A DNA stretch of 64,000 nucleotides from an uncultured delta proteobacterium (GTDB lineage: Bacteria; Myxococcota_A; Polyangia; Fen-1088): NCBI GenBank assembly GCA_963755125.1, contig CAVWIP010000016.1, positions 1 through 64,000 on the forward strand, written 5' to 3'. Made by a program: the position numbers and the translations under genes. Position 1 is the first letter of the stretch. Each line of letters begins with the position of its first letter. The notes beneath the pieces were generated by a model, which was given only the letters and a program-made list of their open reading frames with translations, made no database searches and was not told the origin of the DNA. Positions 48,075 to 57,376 of the stretch are shown here, in pieces.

Positions 48075-49088
48075 GTGCCCATGATGCCCACCTCCAGAGC
48101 ACTCTGCCTCTCCCTTGGTTTTCTGAGCATCTCCTGCGCGACGGCGCCCCAGCCGCCGGCCAAGACCGAGGCACCGCCGCCTCCCGCTCCGCGCCTGGAA
48201 AAGATGCACGAGCCGCTCGAGGTGCGCCCGCTGGAGCTGTTCTTTTCGGGCGTGCGTGGCATCGCCAAGTCGAGCGAGTCGGTGACCATCGGGAACACCG
48301 GCGATCAGTCGGTCGCGGTGGACGACCTGGTTATCGTCGGGTCGCAGGCCGCCACCTTCAAGCTGGCCGACCTGCCGCCTTTGCCCGCCCTGCTGCGGCC
48401 CAATCAGTCCGTGACCGTAAGCGTGGGCTTTGCTCCGCCCGCTGCCTCCGAGCCGGGAGTGCACCACGCGCGCCTGCGCATCGTACGTTCAGGCGACGAC
48501 GACGGCCCGCCCTGTGACATGTCGGCCTTGGTCACCAAGGGAACTGACCTGGCGAGCGAGCCTCCGCTGCATCAGATCCTCGAGACGCTGGGCTACGCGC
48601 CCGACGTGGGGCCGGCCGGTCCGCCGGCCTCCGATGCGAAAGCTGGAGGCGAGATGAAGACGGGGCTGTTCCAGCACGCCAAGACTGGCAGCGTGGGTCT
48701 GTACGTGGTGGCACGCTACTCACAGGACGAGACTTCGTCGTTTGGCGCGTACACCGTCGAGAACGGAAAGCCGGTCACCCGGCCGATGGGGAGCATCGCC
48801 AAGGGACACAACCAGACGCTCAACCCCGAATTGCAGGGCGAAGGGCAGACAAGCTTCGACCCGGGCGACGCGGGGTTCGGAATCTTCGTCAAGCTGCCCA
48901 AGCGGACGCTGTACTCGGAGGACCAGCGCAACCCCGATGGCGCCAAGCATGCGATGCGCGTCTACCCGCTACGCAGCCGAGGCGGCGCGCAGGTCCCCGA
49001 CGCTTTGCTGGTCGTGGTGGACGAGGACGGTGATGGCGATTTCCAGGATTACGTGTTCACGCTGGTGAACGTGAAGCCCGCCCCGTAG
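48075..49088 (+). CDS. Lipoprotein with ASH/choice-of-anchor-D-like Ig domain
   Basis: SISC; VTIGNTG...L.PNQS....V.F.P; C-terminal DGDFQDYVF.LVNVKP. Confidence 0.75.
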   Translation: MPMMPTSRALCLSLGFLSISCATAPQPPAKTEAPPPPAPRLEKMHEPLEVRPLELFFSGVRGIAKSSESVTIGNTGDQSVAVDDLVIVGSQAATFKLADLPPLPALLRPNQSVTVSVGFAPPAASEPGVHHARLRIVRSGDDDGPPCDMSALVTKGTDLASEPPLHQILETLGYAPDVGPAGPPASDAKAGGEMKTGLFQHAKTGSVGLYVVARYSQDETSSFGAYTVENGKPVTRPMGSIAKGHNQTLNPELQGEGQTSFDPGDAGFGIFVKLPKRTLYSEDQRNPDGAKHAMRVYPLRSRGGAQVPDALLVVVDEDGDGDFQDYVFTLVNVKPAP

Positions 49089-49113
49089 GGGATAGCTGCT
49101 TTCACCAACCCGC

Positions 49114-50145
49114 TCAGCGCCGACGACCGCCTCCGCGCGAGGAGCCGCCGCCGGATCGCGCGGCCGGCGCGGCCGGCGCCGCCGGGGCTGCAGGTCGATA
49201 CGAGGCGGCTGGCGCAGCCGGAACAGCCGGAGCGACGGATCGATACTCGATGGCCGGCTCCACCGACCGATATGTGGCGGCTGGCTCTACCGACCGATAC
49301 GGGCTGGCAACCGGAGCGTTCGACCGCGGCGCAGCCTGCGAGCCGCGCCAGCCATTGGCTGGCTGGACAGACTGCGAGCCGCGCCAGCCCGGCGAACCGG
49401 CCGAGGAGGATCCGACGACGTGCGAGGACGGCGGCACGCGGTGGATGGGCGGCGCCACAGCATAGCCGTCACGGTAGAAGCGGCCACCGACGTAGTACTG
49501 GGGGTAGTAGCTCCGGTAGTAGTACGAATAATAGGGCCAGTAGGCCCAGAAGAACGGGTCATAGGGCCCTTCCCAGTAGTACCAGGGCCCGACCAACGTG
49601 AAGTGCGGCGACCAGGGCCGCCACAGGTGCCGGTGAGGTCCGATCATGAAGCACCAGCCGCCGCCGTAGGCGTCCAGGATCGGGTGCGCCCCGTAGTAGC
49701 TGTAGGTTGGGCCGACGTAGCCAAAGTCCTGCGGATCCCCGACGAAGTAGTAGCAACCGTCTCTCAGTTCGAAGAGCCGCAAGTCGAGAGGCGGGTACGC
49801 GTGCATGTGCGCGCCCGGCGTGTCGTCCCAAGACTCGCCGACTGAAACCCGCGTGTCCACCGGATGCGGCCCGTAGTAGCAGTATCCGCCGCCCGGAACG
49901 GATACTGCCGGTCCCTCGACGTTGGGTGGAATCGGCGGAGGCGAAGGATCTGAATCGGCGGCGGTGGGAGGCGGTGGGCCATACTCCGGCGGCACCTGCT
50001 GCCCTTGGTTGGCAGGCCCAGCTCCAACATATTCATCGATCTCTTCCTGCGCGACCGCTGCCCGGCCCAGGCCCGCGACGAACCAGGGCACCAGCACGAT
50101 GGCAAGCGAGCCTGCATGACATGGCATGGGCGACCTCAGAAACAA
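49114..50145 (-). CDS. Secreted Tyr/Gly/Pro-rich hypothetical protein
   Basis: Signal-like segment; YYGPHP/YYGAHP, CFMIGPH.H; low-complexity tail; start uncertain. Confidence 0.7.
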   Translation of the reverse strand: MFLRSPMPCHAGSLAIVLVPWFVAGLGRAAVAQEEIDEYVGAGPANQGQQVPPEYGPPPPTAADSDPSPPPIPPNVEGPAVSVPGGGYCYYGPHPVDTRVSVGESWDDTPGAHMHAYPPLDLRLFELRDGCYYFVGDPQDFGYVGPTYSYYGAHPILDAYGGGWCFMIGPHRHLWRPWSPHFTLVGPWYYWEGPYDPFFWAYWPYYSYYYRSYYPQYYVGGRFYRDGYAVAPPIHRVPPSSHVVGSSSAGSPGWRGSQSVQPANGWRGSQAAPRSNAPVASPYRSVEPAATYRSVEPAIEYRSVAPAVPAAPAASYRPAAPAAPAAPAARSGGGSSRGGGRRR

Positions 50146-50406
50146 TTGTATTCCTCACAGATGGCTCCAGCAATCGGCAGGCCAAGGCGCAGGGCGGCTG
50201 GGCCATGCGCAGCCGCGAGTGCTGCCGGCAAATGCTAGCCGTTTCGAGCCAGCCTCGGCACCCGCTGCCTGGTTTGGATGGGCCCATTTCTGCCGTTATG
50301 CACCAGAGCGTGACAAGAATGCGCGCCGGTGGTGTGAATCTGCTTCACGGCCGAGGGGATGGGAGGCAGACTCGGGCCGCCCGTCAAGGGCGAGAAGGAC
50401 ACGACC

Positions 50407-50862
50407 ATGGCCATAGAAACCGAACTTCAGGATCTGCTCAAGGCCGCCATGCGCGCCAAGGACAGCCGCACGGCCGACTGCATTCGCATGATCAAGACCA
50501 AGCACATGGAGCGACGAACCGCAGCCGGATTCAAGGGTCCGCTCGACGATGCCCTGTGGCTGGACGTGATCACCGCCTACCAGAAGCAGATGCGCAAGGC
50601 CCGCGAAGAATACGCGGCGCTAGGCGAACGGGGAGCGGAGCACTTGCCCCAGATCGACTTCGAGATCGAGTTCTGTGCGCGGTTTCTGCCCAAGGCGGCC
50701 AGTGACGACGAAGTGCGCGCCGTGGTCAAGGAAACCATCGCGCGCCTTGCGGTCAAGGATCCCAAGCAGGCCGGCAAAGTCATGGGCGAGATCATGAAGG
50801 CGCACAAGGGTCACTTCGAGCCGCCGACCGTCAAGCGCATCGTCGAGGAAGAACTGAAGTAG
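50407..50862 (+). CDS. GatB/YqeY domain protein
   Basis: LKAAMRAKD...IRMIK...FLP...GKVMGEIMK. Confidence 0.88.
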   Translation: MAIETELQDLLKAAMRAKDSRTADCIRMIKTKHMERRTAAGFKGPLDDALWLDVITAYQKQMRKAREEYAALGERGAEHLPQIDFEIEFCARFLPKAASDDEVRAVVKETIARLAVKDPKQAGKVMGEIMKAHKGHFEPPTVKRIVEEELK

Positions 50863-50969
50863 GCCTCCTGCGATCACGGCCGGGCCGCGCCATATTCTCG
50901 CTTCAACGACGAAGCGTCGGGCTCTCGCGGCATTTCGACGAAACACAAATCGCGATGTCCCTTTGCATC

Positions 50970-51085
50970 CGGCCGACAAGCCGGGCTGCTGGCAAGGAGG
51001 GCCGAGAACCGGACCGGAATGTACTGATGTACTTGCGGACCGGAAGCGCAGACCCGACGCAGCCAGCGGCCCGGATCGTCGGCCG
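50970..51085. repeat. Long imperfect palindrome (REPIN/MITE-like)
   Basis: 24 bp arms 50970-50993 and 51062-51085 with 3 mismatches; centre GTAC-TGAT-GTAC. Confidence 0.7.
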
Positions 51086-51102
51086 TCGTCTCCTCGGTGA
51101 GA

Positions 51103-51978
51103 TCACAGCCGCGCTTTCAGCACGGTCAGGATCATGCGCGTCGCGGGCGACTGGTTCAGCGTGTAGAAGTGTACCCCGGGCGCGCCGCCCAGGAGCAAAT
51201 CCACGCACTGAGCGGTTGCCTGGGCCACACCGAGTTGGGCCACGGCTGCCTTGTCAGCGCGGCGTCTTTCCAGCTCGGCCCGCAAGACAGCCGGGATGCT
51301 GGCGCCGCACATCTGGGTCATGCGCTGAATCTGCGCCACGTCGGTGATGGGCATGATGCCAGGGATGATGGGCACGGTGATGCCGGCCGCGCGGGTGCGC
51401 GCCACAAAGTCGAAATAGAAGCGGTTGTCGAAGAAGAGTTGGGTGATGATGAAATCCACGCCGGCGCGCACCTTGGTCACAAGGTGCTGCATGTCGAGCG
51501 CCAGGTCGCGACACTGGGGGTGGCCCTCGGGATAGCCCGCGCCGGCCAGGCACAAGCGCTGACCGTAGCGCTGCCGGATGAAGGCCACCAGATCCGAGGC
51601 GTGCGCGAAGCCGCCGGGCGGCGCCGCGAAGTTGTTCGCACCGGCGGGTGGATCGCCGCGCAGGGGGATCAGGTTCTCGATTCCGCCGTCGACAAGACGA
51701 TCGATCAGCGCCGCGACCTCGGCCTGGCCGGACGCGATCCCGGTCAGGTGGGCCATGGCGAGGAGGCCGTGCTCGTGCTGGACGCGGGTCACCAGATCGA
51801 CCGTGCGATCGATGGTCGAACCGCCGGCGCCGTAGGTGACCGAGACGAAAGCCGGGGCGAGGTCGGTCAGCTCGGCCAGGGTGTGTTGCAGGGTCGCGAC
51901 GCCCGCCTCGGTCTTGGGAGGATAGACCTCGAACGAAAAAAGCGGGTGGCCTTTGCCGAAGAGTTCACGAATCTTCAT
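51103..51978 (-). CDS. metF: 5,10-methylenetetrahydrofolate reductase
   Basis: SFEVYPPK, SVTYGAGGST, LRGDPP, GYPEGH, ITQLFFD, PGIMPI, HFYTLN. Confidence 0.96.
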   Translation of the reverse strand: MKIRELFGKGHPLFSFEVYPPKTEAGVATLQHTLAELTDLAPAFVSVTYGAGGSTIDRTVDLVTRVQHEHGLLAMAHLTGIASGQAEVAALIDRLVDGGIENLIPLRGDPPAGANNFAAPPGGFAHASDLVAFIRQRYGQRLCLAGAGYPEGHPQCRDLALDMQHLVTKVRAGVDFIITQLFFDNRFYFDFVARTRAAGITVPIIPGIMPITDVAQIQRMTQMCGASIPAVLRAELERRRADKAAVAQLGVAQATAQCVDLLLGGAPGVHFYTLNQSPATRMILTVLKARL

Positions 51979-51986
51979 AAGTATTT

Positions 51987-53057
51987 CTAGTCGCGCGCAC
52001 CGGCGCCCTCGCCCAGCCGTTCCAGCCTGGCAACCGCCGTCTCGGCGTCAATCACGATGGTCTCGCCCCGTCGTTCCGGTGCTTCGAACATCACCTCGTG
52101 ACAGATCTCCTCGACCAGGGCGCGCAGCGTGCGAGCGCCGGTCTTGCGCCGCAAGCAGAACTGCACCACTTCGCGCAGCGCCTGCTCCTCGAAGCGCAGG
52201 TCCACGCCGTCCATCTTGAGCAAGGCCTGATACTCGCGCACCACGGAGTCCGGCGGCACGGTCAGGATCTGGAAGAGATCGTCTTGTGACAGGGGGTCCA
52301 GCTCGACCCGCACGGGAATCCGGCCGAGAAACTCGGCCAGCAGGCCGTAGTCGAGCAACTCCTTCTCGGTGATGGGGGACTGGCGCCGGCCATCCACGCC
52401 CGCCTGGCCGAACCCGACCGCGCGGCTTTCCTGGTACAGGCGCAAGTCGGTGAAGGTCCCCGCGGCGATGAACAGAATGTCCTGGGTGTCGACCACGGTG
52501 AAGTCGTGCTTGTTCCAGTGCTGGGTCAGGTTCTGTGGAACGAAGACCTCGCGGCCCTCCAGCAGCTTGAGCAGGCCCTGCTGGACTCCTTCGCCACCGA
52601 TGTCGCGCGCCCCCGCGCCGGTGCGCGCGCTGTGCGTGCGGCGGGCGATCTTGTCGACCTCGTCGATGAACACGATTCCCCGCTGCGCCTCCTGCACGTC
52701 CTGGCCACACTTGTGCAGCAGCTCGGCGATCATCACCTCGACGTCCTTGCCGTAGTAGCCGGCCTCGGTGTACTCGGTCGCGTCTGCCACGGCAAAGGGC
52801 ACGTCGAGGAATTCGGCCAGGGTGCGCGCGATGTGGGTCTTGCCACAGCCGGTGGGGCCGATGAGCAGCAGGTTCGACTTCTTGATGAGACGCTTGCCGG
52901 CCGTGCTCTTGTGCTCGCAGCGTTTGAGGTGATTGTAGGCCGCGATGGCCACCATCCGCTTGGCGCGGTTCTGGCCGATCACATGGCGGTCCAGATATGC
53001 GACGATCTCTCGCGGGGTGGGCAGCAGGTTCTCGGCAGCTCGGGGCGACGTCTTCAT
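51987..53057 (-). CDS. clpX: ClpX-family AAA+ ATPase lacking the zinc-binding domain
   Basis: VIGQ, KSNLLLIGPTGCGKT, FIDEVDKI, RDIGGEGVQQGLLK, GAR.LR. Confidence 0.9.
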   Translation of the reverse strand: MKTSPRAAENLLPTPREIVAYLDRHVIGQNRAKRMVAIAAYNHLKRCEHKSTAGKRLIKKSNLLLIGPTGCGKTHIARTLAEFLDVPFAVADATEYTEAGYYGKDVEVMIAELLHKCGQDVQEAQRGIVFIDEVDKIARRTHSARTGAGARDIGGEGVQQGLLKLLEGREVFVPQNLTQHWNKHDFTVVDTQDILFIAAGTFTDLRLYQESRAVGFGQAGVDGRRQSPITEKELLDYGLLAEFLGRIPVRVELDPLSQDDLFQILTVPPDSVVREYQALLKMDGVDLRFEEQALREVVQFCLRRKTGARTLRALVEEICHEVMFEAPERRGETIVIDAETAVARLERLGEGAGARD

Positions 53058-53118
53058 CGCGGCGGAGCATCGCACGCCTGCGCGGACTCCGCCAAAGTGC
53101 GGGTCTAAGTGGGCGGAT

Positions 53119-53658
53119 TCACTGGTAGTACTCTAATTGCCCGGCGTCGTTGACCCGGATGTTACGGTGCCGGTGAGCCCCGGTGAAGCGCTCGATCTCG
53201 CGAACCCAGTCGGAATCGGGGTAGTGGTTCACCATCTGCTCTGCCTCGCCGCGCGCCTCGGACGAGGCGCCCTGGCTGGCCAGCGCGTGGATCAGGATGG
53301 ACGTGCGTTCCGGGGCATCGGATGTGTCCGGAAAGCGCTTGTTGCCATCGCGGGCAAGCTCGATGGCAGCGGCGGGATTGCCGTCCTTGATGCTGCGAAG
53401 CCGCGCCATGAGCTGAGTCTCGCCGAGTGGACCCGAGGGAGCAGACGACGAAACCACGGGCACCAGTGCCGGCGGGCGAGGCCTGGGGACCGCGGCCGCC
53501 GGTTTGACCGGCGCGGAGGATTCAGGCGCGTTCTCCTGCGCCGACTCGCCGGGCTTGGGCTGGTCACACCGGCGAGCGGCCGTCACCAAGGCAACGGCCG
53601 CAACGCCGCCAACGATCAAGGCTCGAACCGCCAATTTCTTCTTGGACCTCTCATTCAT
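53119..53658 (-). CDS. Membrane-anchored hypothetical protein with TPR-like helices
   Basis: Single TM, Pro-rich linker, helical C-terminus; ATG overlaps upstream stop. Confidence 0.7.
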   Translation of the reverse strand: MNERSKKKLAVRALIVGGVAAVALVTAARRCDQPKPGESAQENAPESSAPVKPAAAVPRPRPPALVPVVSSSAPSGPLGETQLMARLRSIKDGNPAAAIELARDGNKRFPDTSDAPERTSILIHALASQGASSEARGEAEQMVNHYPDSDWVREIERFTGAHRHRNIRVNDAGQLEYYQ

Positions 53659-55292
53659 CAGGGACAGCTATTGATTGTCGCGGTCTGCGCCGTGTAGAGG
53701 TTCTGCATCGGCGTCTGCATGTCCGGCCAAGGCCAGTCTGAATCGTAGGACCATGCCCACGCGCCATCGTAGCCATTGGAAAAGATCTTTGTGTACAAGT
53801 CGTTCAGCGCGGTGCCATCGGTGGCGGCGGCCGCGAACTCACCCATGACGAGTTTCTTGTCCAAGGCCCAGTGGGAAGCCGGGTACGTGAAACACGAATC
53901 GGAGGCGCCGTTCGATGTGTAGTAGTGGACCTCGTAGAAGTCGAGGGTTCCGTTCGTCTTCCCGCCCGCCGCGACCAACTGCGAATCCGAGTAGTAGTTG
54001 GTCTTGCCACTCGCATTCGAGCAGTAGTCGAAGGTCTGGGAGCCATTGGTGACGAGCACGTTCGGATCAGCCGCGTGAATCGCCGCTGCAAACCAGTTCA
54101 CGGTCTTTTGAATGTACGCTTCCGTGGTCCTGGTTCCCGAGGTTGTCCAACCGTTCTGACCCATGCCCTCTGGCTCGTTGAAGATTTCGTAGGAGTACAA
54201 GCCGGGAGTGCCCTTGAGCGCGGTGACCAGCGGAGTGAGGTAGTTGGTGATGTAGGCTTGGCGGTTGGTGTCGTTCGACAGCAGGGCGGCGTTGTTTGCC
54301 AAGGTCGTTGCCGAAATACTCTCGCCGCCCTGGAGCATGTCGAACGACCACAGGCTGATGTTGACGGCCACCTTGTTGGTAGCCGCGGCATTGAGGATGG
54401 CCTTGACGCCGGCGGTGTGGGACGCGGGAAGCTGCACAGCCAGGCCACTCGAGTCGTAGCCAGGGGTCACGGTTCCGTTGGTGTGGAACCACCAACGGAT
54501 CACGCGCCCGCCGGCAGCGTAGGTGTTGCTGAAAATAGTATTGAACGTGGTGAGGTTCGGGTTGGGGACGTCATTGGCGAAGTTGACCCAGGCCACGTTC
54601 AAGCCGCTGGCGAAGGTGCAGACGCCAGGACTGCTGGTCGATCCTCCTGCGCTGGTGGAACCGCCCGCGACCGTGGTGCCTCCGCTGCTCGTCGAGCCGC
54701 CAGCCCTGCCCCCGCTTGCCGTAGTTCCCCCGGCGCTGGTGGTGCCGCCTGCGCCACCCCTGCCCCCGGCTGCCGTGGTTCCTCCGGCGCTCGTGGTGCC
54801 GCCTGCGCCACCCCTGCCTCCGCTGCTCGTGGAACCACCAGGGCTTGTCGCGCCAGCCGTGGCAGTCGCACCGGCCGAGCCACTGGTTCCGCCTTCCGCG
54901 GTCGACCCGCCCGCGGCTGTCGCGCCTCCACCGGGAGATCCACCCTCCGCGCCTGTGGTCCCTCCCGATCGGGTGGTTCCGCCCGAGCTGGTGCTGCCAC
55001 CAGAACTGGTCGAGGCCGTCGTGCTGCCACCAGAACTGGTCGAGGCCGCCGTGCTGCCGCCAGCGCTGGTCGAGGCCGCCGTGCTGCCGCCCGAAACGGT
55101 CGAGCCGCCTGCGCCTGTCGCGCTCGTCGAGCCGGTGGTTCCCGCGGTGCTGTGGCTGGTGGCCGCGGTAGTCCCGCCGGTGTTCCCGGTACTGCCGCCA
55201 GCGGCGTCGGCCTTGCCGGTCTCATTCTCACTGCTGGAACAAGCGCCAATGCTCAGGCTCAGGATCGCGACGAACAAAAGTTGCTTCTTCAT
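53658..55292 (-). CDS. GH5 glycoside hydrolase (mannanase-like) lipoprotein with Gly/Ser/Thr linker
   Basis: IGAC; SGLNVAW, RWWFH, EIFNEPEG, DFYEVHYY, VMGEF, GAWAW. Confidence 0.88.
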   Translation of the reverse strand: MKKQLLFVAILSLSIGACSSSENETGKADAAGGSTGNTGGTTAATSHSTAGTTGSTSATGAGGSTVSGGSTAASTSAGGSTAASTSSGGSTTASTSSGGSTSSGGTTRSGGTTGAEGGSPGGGATAAGGSTAEGGTSGSAGATATAGATSPGGSTSSGGRGGAGGTTSAGGTTAAGGRGGAGGTTSAGGTTASGGRAGGSTSSGGTTVAGGSTSAGGSTSSPGVCTFASGLNVAWVNFANDVPNPNLTTFNTIFSNTYAAGGRVIRWWFHTNGTVTPGYDSSGLAVQLPASHTAGVKAILNAAATNKVAVNISLWSFDMLQGGESISATTLANNAALLSNDTNRQAYITNYLTPLVTALKGTPGLYSYEIFNEPEGMGQNGWTTSGTRTTEAYIQKTVNWFAAAIHAADPNVLVTNGSQTFDYCSNASGKTNYYSDSQLVAAGGKTNGTLDFYEVHYYTSNGASDSCFTYPASHWALDKKLVMGEFAAAATDGTALNDLYTKIFSNGYDGAWAWSYDSDWPWPDMQTPMQNLYTAQTATINSCP

Positions 55293-55429
55293 GGCTCCTC
55301 CGAAAAGACAGAAGTCGACAAGACTTGAAAAGGGAATGAAAGCACAAAACCCGGCCAAAAAGCCCGCACTATCGAAAAAAATCCACATCCGAACAGGGGG
55401 TAGCCTGGCGGCAGCGCCGCATCAGGATG

Positions 55430-57373
55430 TCAGTACGCAACAATCTCGTCGACCGCCAGCCCGGCGGTCGGCGACTGGTCCTCGATCAGCAACACGACCG
55501 ACCGGCCGACAAGATCGCTTGTGTCCCAGTCGACCACAGCGGCAGCGCCCGTCGGTGATGCCGTGCACACGAGCTTGCTCTGGTCGAGCAGAGCCACGCG
55601 CAGCGCCGGATCAACAGGACCGGACAGCGCGAAACGCAGGTGCGCCCGGTCAACCGTGAAGGGCGCGGAACGCAACGCCCCTTGCGCAGCCGGGCCCAGC
55701 CGGCTGGAATCCGCAGCGAAACGGCCGTACATCCCAGGAGGCGCGGGTGCGGGTCCGTTCCCGAAGGCTTCACCCTCGGCGACGAAGATCTGCCATGTGC
55801 CGGTTTCAAAGTCGGCCAGACGGCGTGCTTCGTCCGGCAAGGGTGGCGGTGCCAAAGTGGGAACCAGCAGCGCGCTGGGAGAAGTCTCGGCGCCGGCGAA
55901 CATGCGCACCGAATCCACGCCCTCGCGCAGCGGCTGCCAGACATGGTAGCGCGAATCGACAAAGGGAAACTCACCCGGCAAGGTCTTCCAGTCCAGCACG
56001 ATGGCCGAGAAAAACTGGTCCCGCAGCGCCTGATCCAGTCCTTGGGGCCGTCCCAGGCCCGCGCTCACGTCGCGCACGCCCATGCGGTGGACGAAGGTCC
56101 GCTTGCCCACCAGCGCGCCATAGTAGGTGTGAAAGGGAATGAAGAGATCGCCCGGCACGCTAGCCAGGCGATCGAGCAGGCGCCCGGCGGCCAGATAGTC
56201 GGACGGCCGGGGAAGATACGTCGCAAGTTTCGGGCGCGGGATGTGCTGATTCTGCCAGGCCAAGCCTAGCAGGACCGCGCAGGTCGGCACCACGAAAAGC
56301 CATCGCCGGCTGTCGAGACCGTGCAGCAGCATCCGTCCCGACAGCACGGATGCGGCCAGCACGGGAAAGAAGACCGCCGGAATGTAGGCGTTGCTGAACG
56401 CCCATTGCGTCGAGAATCCAACCGCGGCAGCCACCTCGCCAGCCAGCGCCGCCACCCACAGGATGATGTCGTCCCGGCGCAGCCTGCGGCCGCAAGCCAA
56501 AGCCACGGTGGCGACGATCAGCGCCGCAAAAACCGGCCAGAGATGCTTGAGCGTGTCCGGCACCACCTTGGCAAAGACCACGCCCCAACGGTAGCCGTGG
56601 CTCTGATGCAGCTTGAAGATGTACGTCCAGAACCAACCGCCCGAGGTCTTCACCAGAAGACCGATCCCCGCTGCCAGGGCCGCCGCCGCCGCGGCGCCAT
56701 AGACTAGAGCGCGCCGCCAGTTGACCATGAGCAAGCCCACGCCCAGACCCACGCCGATGATGCTCGCGGTCTGCTTGCTGAAGAATGCCGCCGCCATCAC
56801 CAGGCCCGCGGCCGCCGCGCTTTTCCAACCCTCACCGCGCAAGACCAGCCACAAGACCAGCGCTTCCAATGCCAGCAACAAGCTGTCCGAGCGCACCAGA
56901 TCGAAGAAGCCGCCGGTAAAGGCGAAAGCCGCCATCACCGCTGCGGCGCCGGCCACGCCGACCAGCCCGGCCAAAAGGCGCCGGGCCCGCGCCAGAGCGC
57001 GCGCCTCGCCCGCCACCAGCGCAACCAGCAGCACCAGCGCACTGAAGAAGGCCAGCAGCGAAACCACCCGCCCGAGCAAATACCCGAGAGGAAACACGAA
57101 CGACAGCAGGGCCAGCAGCGCCGGATACAGCGGCGTGTAGAGATAGGGAATGAAATCCAGCGATGGCTTGACGTAGATGCCCTGCCCTGCCGCGATCCGC
57201 TGCGCGTGTACCAGCATGCCGCCTTCCATCCACTCGAGGTCCAGGGGGAAGCCGGCGCGGCCCGCGAACAGGCGCAAGTGCCAGCCCAGTTGCACCAGCG
57301 CCGGCACGGTCGCGACGACCAGCGCGACCACCAGCAAGGCGCCGATCAGTCTGTCCCTGGTCCTTGCAGTCAT
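55430..57373 (-). CDS. GT-C-like polytopic membrane glycosyltransferase with C-terminal beta domain
   Basis: LEWMEGG after TM1, YTPLYP, RSDSL, FFSKQT; many TMs. Confidence 0.75.
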   Translation of the reverse strand: MTARTRDRLIGALLVVALVVATVPALVQLGWHLRLFAGRAGFPLDLEWMEGGMLVHAQRIAAGQGIYVKPSLDFIPYLYTPLYPALLALLSFVFPLGYLLGRVVSLLAFFSALVLLVALVAGEARALARARRLLAGLVGVAGAAAVMAAFAFTGGFFDLVRSDSLLLALEALVLWLVLRGEGWKSAAAAGLVMAAAFFSKQTASIIGVGLGVGLLMVNWRRALVYGAAAAAALAAGIGLLVKTSGGWFWTYIFKLHQSHGYRWGVVFAKVVPDTLKHLWPVFAALIVATVALACGRRLRRDDIILWVAALAGEVAAAVGFSTQWAFSNAYIPAVFFPVLAASVLSGRMLLHGLDSRRWLFVVPTCAVLLGLAWQNQHIPRPKLATYLPRPSDYLAAGRLLDRLASVPGDLFIPFHTYYGALVGKRTFVHRMGVRDVSAGLGRPQGLDQALRDQFFSAIVLDWKTLPGEFPFVDSRYHVWQPLREGVDSVRMFAGAETSPSALLVPTLAPPPLPDEARRLADFETGTWQIFVAEGEAFGNGPAPAPPGMYGRFAADSSRLGPAAQGALRSAPFTVDRAHLRFALSGPVDPALRVALLDQSKLVCTASPTGAAAVVDWDTSDLVGRSVVLLIEDQSPTAGLAVDEIVAY

Positions 57374-57376
57374 CGG

